From Scyliorhinus canicula (lineage: Eukaryota): 64,000 nt of DNA. Positions within the stretch are counted from its first letter, which is position 1. Each line of letters opens with the position of its first letter. Where the stretch lies: contig NC_052151.1 of NCBI RefSeq assembly GCF_902713615.1, positions 64,390,375-64,454,374 on the forward strand, given 5' to 3'. Shown one piece after another: positions 57,530 to 64,000 of this stretch. Under the pieces are notes generated by a model. That model did not search any database, had not been told where the DNA came from, and saw only the letters and a list, made by a program, of their open reading frames with translations. The position numbers were made by a program, and so were the translations under genes.

Positions 57530-58624
57530 ACTTTCCGTGTGGTGTTTGCACTTTCTCCCTGAGTCTGGGTGGGTTTTATCCCCACAACCCAAAGATGTGC
57601 AGGGTAGGGGGATTGGCCATCTGAAATTGACCCTAAATTGGAAAAACGAATTTGGGTACTCTAAAGTTATAAAAAAAAACTTGATGCTGTCATAAAATGG
57701 AAAAAATTTTTTTTTTTTTTTTTTTTAAATTTAGAGTACCCAATTATTTTTTCCAATTAAGGGGCAATTTAGCGTGGCCAATCCACCTATCCTGCACATC
57801 TTTTGGGTTGTGGGGGTGAAACCCACGCAGACACGGGGAGAATGTGCAAACTCCTCACGGACAGTGACCCAGAGCCGGGATTCGAACCCGGGTCCTCAGC
57901 GCCGTAGGCAGCAATGCTAACCACCGTGCCACCGTGCTGCCCATAAAATGGAAAAATTAATCAACTAAATGTGTTAAAGCGTCAGTGACACCTAAGGATG
58001 AATGTGGAGATGGTTCTTTAAACATGTTACAGAGATAAAACAAAGATGACAATTTAACTATTAACACTTCAGGCATTGTTTAAAGATTTTCAAAGGGCTG
58101 TAGATACTACCTTCCCGAACAGTGTATTTTGCCTGCCTATGAGTTCCAATATTAACACCTTTTTTTAACAATTTTGTGGAAAATTCTTACTGTGGGTCCA
58201 TCTCCCTACCCATGTCCTTTTCATGGCCTTATCCGTTCTGTGATCTGATTTAATTTAAGGACATACTCCAGATAGCTCTACAAATTAGTTGGAAGGTTTA
58301 AATTTTGAGGGCACAGATTCAAGTATTGAATCATCTTCTTATACTACATATTGAATACTGCTGTATCTGTTTATGAGAAGCTTTACAGATAACCAGAATG
58401 AATAATGACACAAACTTGTGTTCTGCTAACTCACATAGAAAGAGAAAGAGGAACCGATCTCAGTCAGCCAACAGTTAGAAAACTATCGTTAATCTGGGTC
58501 ATGGAGCAGAACAACATTTAGACCTAGTGTGATTCTTGTCATCATGTAAATGTGTCCACACTGATTTGCCTGCCAGGGTTGGCACTGTAAAATCCATTAG
58601 GGAATAGCTCCATTCCGTTTTGGA

Positions 58625-59330
58625 AATGTATTATTTCATGGGATGTGAGTGTTGCTGGTTAGGCCAGCCCTCAATGCTCATCCCTAATTGCCCGTGAGAA
58701 GGTGATGGTGAACTGCCTTCTTGATCAGCTGCAGTCTATGTGGTGTAGGTGCATCCACAATGCCGTTAGGCTGGGGGTTCCAGGATTTTGACTCCGTGAC
58801 AGTGAAGGAACAGTGATATAGTTTCAAGTCAGGATCGTATTGGGCTTGGAAGGGAATTTGCAGGTAGTGGTGTTCCCATGCATCAACTCCCCACGTCCTT
58901 CTAGATGGTAGAAGTCACGGATTTGGAAGGTTCTGTCGAAGTATCCTTGGTGAGTTGCTGCAGTGGGTCTTGCATTTGGTACACTCTGCTGCCACTATCG
59001 GTGGTAGACGGAGTGAGTGTTTAAGTGGTGGTGGGGTGCCAATCAAGTGGGCTACTTTGTCCTGGATGGTGTTGACCTTCATGGATGTTGTCAAAGCTGC
59101 ACTTATCCAGGCGAGTGGGTGAATCTTATGATTGAGGGAAGGACATGATGAAGCAACTGAGGATGCTGATGAGGAAGCCATGGAGCAAAGTCTTGATGTT
59201 TCAGTTACTGATGCCCAATGACTTTCAGGGACAACTCCAGACAATGGGGGGAGGGGGCACTCTCTTTGACACTCATTAACTCCAATTTTGCTAGGTTTCT
59301 TTTGTTGCTGTATTTACTTTAATACTGCTT
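58625..59330 (-). mobile_element. Old LINE (L2/CR1-group) 3' fragment; related fragments at ~17150-17225, 27350-27835, 55590-56190 and an endonuclease-region piece at 63283-63810
   Basis: Shared tail GGCTCACCACCACCTTCTCAAGGGCAATTAGGGATGGGC..AAATGCTGGCCT..GCCCACATCCC; TIQDK.A.LI.TP peptide. Confidence 0.7.
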
Positions 59331-61079
59331 TGATATTGAAGGCAGCTATTCTCATCTCTCTTGTGGCATTCACCTCCTATATCCATCTCTGGATTAGGTG
59401 TGGAACCAGTTTCTCAATGCATCATCAATGAGTAGCATCTGCTTAGGGGCAGCACGGTGGCGCAGTGGATTAGCCCTGATGCCTCACGGCGCCGAAGTCC
59501 CAGGTTCGATCCCGGCTCTGGGTCACTGTCCGTGTGGCGTTTGCACATTCTCCCCGTGTCTGCGTGGGTCTCACCCCCACATGTGCAGGCTAGGTCGATT
59601 AGCCACGCTAACTTTCCCCTTAATTGGAAAAAAATGAATTGGGTACTCTTAAAAAAAAAAATTTTTTTTAAATGAGTAGCATCTGCTTGAAGACATATTT
59701 AAAATTAATTTGCATGCCATTTTATTGGGGTCTTTAACCTGTTTAAAATAAATAGGTTACTGCCTCAGTTAAAACAACAGTCAAAGGAACTTCAAATGAA
59801 CCCTTTGAGAGTTTATGCATTGATATTAACAGAACGCAAAACTCGATTCTAATGCCTTCACCCAGCAACAGGGAGTGCACGGGGGGGGGGAGGTTAAAAT
59901 CCTTGCAGTGACACGATTAATCCATGTTTCCTGCCGATTTCTGGCCTGTCAGTGAGGCTCTTACACTAGGGTAAGTGCAAAAGTTGGAGCCCAATAATGT
60001 TACTGAGGGCAGATGATGCAATTCAAACACCCACAGCTGCACCCAGTGCTGGTCACATGAAGGAGCAGGACCAAAAGAGGGCCTGCAAAGGTTCCCTTTC
60101 TGGGGTCCAGAATAATATTCTTGCTCCACAAGAAATCTTTGGTTGGGAGCAAGGATAGGCGATTGGTGTTGGGTTTCCCCTTCCCTGACAGGTATCATTT
60201 ACTGCCCCCCTCCACCATTTCCCATCTCACCATCCCTTACCTGACTGCGGGACTGATGTGTGAGGAGAGATTGAATTGGTTAGGCGTGTATTCGCTGGAG
60301 TTCAGATAGGCTAATGAGTTGGATGAATGGCAGAGCAAGGTGAAAGGGCTGAATGGCTTCCTCCTGCTCCTATTTTCTATGTTTCTATGACAGGTAGTAT
60401 TCTGCAGCTCAAAGACAATTCTTGTCTGACTCTCTCACTGGTCTGATATAATGGATTCCAGTTTCAGATGGCAGTCAGGACTGTTATATTTAAATGTGTT
60501 CCAAAAGTTAATACCTCCGGCCTCACATTGGTGAGTTATACTCAGCCAAAACCCACATTTATCCCTCACCCCTAGTAGCTGGGACTATAGCGCTCAGTTC
60601 AAAGAAACTCGGTTCAAGGTTATTTATGAATAGTAAGAATTTCATTTGCACCGTGTTTTGTCTTTATTAATTCCATGCTGCTCAGCTTTCCCAGGCCCAA
60701 GATTATGGTGTTACCGTACTTGATTTTAATACATGTTCGAAATTCCGTGTTTTGTTTCTCTCTCCTTGTGTTAATACTATTCTTTTCTTCTATTTAGGGA
60801 AAATAGTTCATTTTTTGGAATATTTCTAATGTTGCCTGGCTCAGTTTGTCTCTTTGTTTGGATCTGAACTAACACCAGTCCATTAAACTCAGGTCTGAAC
60901 AAAGTGTTCCCCAACTGGCAGTGTATGAAGCTAAACTGGCCTCAGCTCCTTAAAGCTAAAACCCAGATGTAAGTTACATTTATTACAGTAGGATTCAACA
61001 TTATAAGTGAAAATGTGGCTGAGCTCCAAGTGTTTTTCTCCCTTTGACTCCAATCCAATGTGAACCTGAAGAACTCAAC

Positions 61080-62460
61080 AGACAGGGCTGGGGGGAATGG
61101 GCAGCAGAGTGACAGATGCAGTTTAATGCAGAGTTACATGAAGTAATTCATTTTGTTAGAAAAAATGGAGAGAGGCAATATAAAGAGTACATTCTAAAGG
61201 GAGTACAAGAACACAAAGACCTGGTGGTATAAGTGCACAAATCATTGAAAATGGCAGGGCAGGTTGAAGATGTGGTTAAAAAGACATGCAGGAATCTAGG
61301 CTTTATAAATAATAATAATCTATATTAGTGTCACAAGTGGGCTTACATTAACACTGCAATGAAGTTACTGTGACAAGCCCCTAGTCGCTACATTCCGGCG
61401 CCTGTTCGGGTACATTGAGGGAGAATTCAGAATGTCCAATTCACCTAACAGCACGGCTTTCGGGACTTGTGGGAGGAAACTGGAGCACCCGGAGGAAACC
61501 CAAGCAGACATAGGGAGAACGTGCAGACTCTGCACAGGCAGTGACCTAAGTCGGGAATTGAAACCGGGTCCCTGCCACTGTGAAAAAACAGTGCTAACCA
61601 CTGTGCTAGTGTACCACCCATGAAGGCAGAGAGTGCAAAAGCAACTAAGTTATGATGAACCTTTATAAAACTCTGGTTCAGTGTCACCTGCAGTACTTTG
61701 TCCAATTCTGGCACTGCACGTTTGGAAGGATGTGAAGGCTTAGATGGTGCAGAATAGATTTACAAGAATTGTTGCACTTTTTTTTCTTTTAAAAAAAATT
61801 TTGGCTACCCAATTATTTTATCCAATTAAGGGGCTAATTTAGCGTGGCCAATCCACCTATCCTGCACATCATTTGGGTTGTGGGGGTGAAACCCACGCAG
61901 ACACGGGGAGAATGTGCAAACTCCTCACGGACAGTGACCCAGGGCCGGGATCGAACCCAGGTCCTCAGCGGCATAGGCAGTAATGCCAACCATTGTGCCA
62001 CCATGCTGCCCTGAGAATTGTTGCACTTTTGAGGGATTTCAGTTGCGTGAATAGATTGGAGAAACTGCAATTGATCGCTTGAGGGAAGAAGAAATTGAGA
62101 GGAGATTTGGTTGAGGTGTTCAAAACCATGAGAGGACATGACAGAGTAGAGTGGAAGGAAATGCTCCCATTGACAGTAGGGCCTATAATCAGAGGACATC
62201 AATTTCAGGCAATTGGCAACAGAACCCAAGATGACATGAAAAAGAACCTTTCCACACAGTGAATGGTTAGGATCTGGAATGCATAGCCTGAGAGGGAGAG
62301 AGGAGAAGATTCGGTTAAGGCTTTCAAATGGGAACTGAATTGCAGGACTGTGGGGCAAGGGCTGGAGCATGGAATTAGCTGAGTTACTCTTCCAGAGAGC
62401 CATCACAGACTCGACAGGCCATATGACCTCCTTTTCTGCCATAACCATTCTTAAATTCTA
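61080..62460 (+). mobile_element. Old CR1 3' fragment with two nested SINEs (61308-61615, 61777-62011)
   Basis: WQMQFN..EVIHF and KDLVV..HKSLK remnants; CR1-like tail. Confidence 0.75.
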
Positions 62461-64000
62461 TGGTGATATCACCATTTAGCATCAATCCAGGTGGAGTAAT
62501 TTACTGCATCCAAATAACACTTGACTTTCAACAAACAATGGCCTAATAACCTAAGTGCAGATATGCAGTACACAGGGTAAACTCCCTATGCTGCATTCAA
62601 AATTGGTCCTTGGATGTCATTGTCAAATGTAGAAGCTGGAATATATGTGACACCCATAGGATTCCCATAGGATTCAGGAAGACCCCGTGTCCAGCAGGAA
62701 AAAATGTTGTGTTAAAATAAGCCTTGGGTGGGAATGGAGAGGAACTGGACATGCACAAACTAATTTCGGCTGAATGGGGGGAACTAAAATTAGTCTGATA
62801 ATTCTGATTTTATATACCATTTGGTTCATTTACAGATACTTTTGTCTTTTCACTATCCATTTACAGAGGAACAACACACTGCAGTAAAACCTACTGTAAG
62901 GGCTGAGTACATTGTTCATATAGAAGATCTTGAATATAAAGCAAATGGAGACAGATGAAATATGTATGCCTCAATGAGTCATCACTCATTGCACGTTGCC
63001 AGCTTTTTCATGCCTCACAGGGGCTGGTTTAGCTCACTGGGCTAAATCGCTGGCTTTTAAAGCAGACCAAGCAGGCCAGCAGCACGGTTCGATTCTCGTA
63101 CCAGCCTCCCCGGACAGGCGCCGGAATGTGGCGACTAGGGGCTTTTCACAATAACTTCATTGAAGCCTACTCGTGACAATAAGCGATTTTCATTTCATTT
63201 CATGTTTCAGATTCTGTGCAGAGAGAAATCTGACTCCAATTAAAATGAATAAAAACTAAATTAATGGATCAATGATTTGTACTAGACATCATCCTCACCA
63301 ATCTGCTTGCTGCAGATGCATCTGTCCATGACATCTGCACAGAATTTACAGTGCAGAGTGACCACTGCACAGTCCTTCTGGAGACATAGTCTGTTCTTCA
63401 CATTGCAGATACCCTCCATCATGTTCAGTGGCACTACCACCGTGCTAAATGGGATAAACTTTGAACAGATCTAGCAACTCAAGACTGGGCATCCATGAGG
63501 TGCTGTGGGCCATCAGCAGCGGCAAAATTGTACTTAACCGCAGTCTGCAACCTTATGGCCAGCATATTCCACACTCTACCATTACCACCAATCCAGGGGG
63601 TCAACTCTGGTTCAACGAAGAGCGCAGGAGAGCATGCCACGAGCAACACCAGGCATACCAAAATATGAGGTGTCAACCTGGCAAAGCTACAATACAGAAC
63701 TACTTGTGTGCCAAACAGCATAAGCAGCAAGTAATTGTCAGAGCTGGGTAATTCCACAATGAACGCATCAGACCATATCCAGCCGTGAATGTTGGTGGCC
63801 AATTAAACAACTCAACTTAGGCAGCACGGTAGCACAAGTGGATAGCACTGAGGCTTCACAGCGCCAGGGTCCCAGGGTCCCAGGTTCAATTCCCTGCAGG
63901 GTCACTGTCTGTGCGAGTCTGCATGTTCGCCTCGTGTCTGCGTGGGTTTCCTCCGGGTGCTCCGGTTTCCTCCCACAGTCCAAAGAAGTGCAGGTTAGGT

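Overview
Eukaryotic (vertebrate) genomic DNA, almost certainly a shark or other elasmobranch, judging by the HE1/V-SINE-like, SacSINE1/DeuSINE-like and CR1 repeat complement; the species cannot be fixed from sequence alone. The only intact host gene is SGK1 (serum/glucocorticoid-regulated kinase 1) on the minus strand. I reconstructed 13 coding exons (11593->6135, 1299 nt, 432 aa), all with GT-AG junctions, plus a TATA/CCAAT/GC/AP-1 promoter, a ~1 kb 3' UTR and candidate alternative first exons. The ~50 kb upstream is dense in transposable elements: CR1 LINEs, ~30 tRNA-derived SINEs, L1/Tx1 fragments, a decayed Gypsy LTR element, Penelope-like elements and a family of GGGC-TIR MITEs. The most notable observations are: (1) a near full-length CR1 with a tRNA-SINE built into its 3' UTR, mobilised as one TSD-bounded unit, with the same chimeric tail in a second copy; (2) two minimal hammerhead ribozyme motifs in Penelope termini; (3) a captured RNF168-like RING fragment inside a TSD-bounded composite insertion; (4) a twin-priming inverted L1/Tx1 insertion; (5) a doubly internally deleted L1 with a TSD; (6) an extra SGK2/SGK3-type intron in SGK1. 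I found no prokaryote-type system such as CRISPR. Repeat family names and comparisons with mammalian genes are from memory and need database confirmation.
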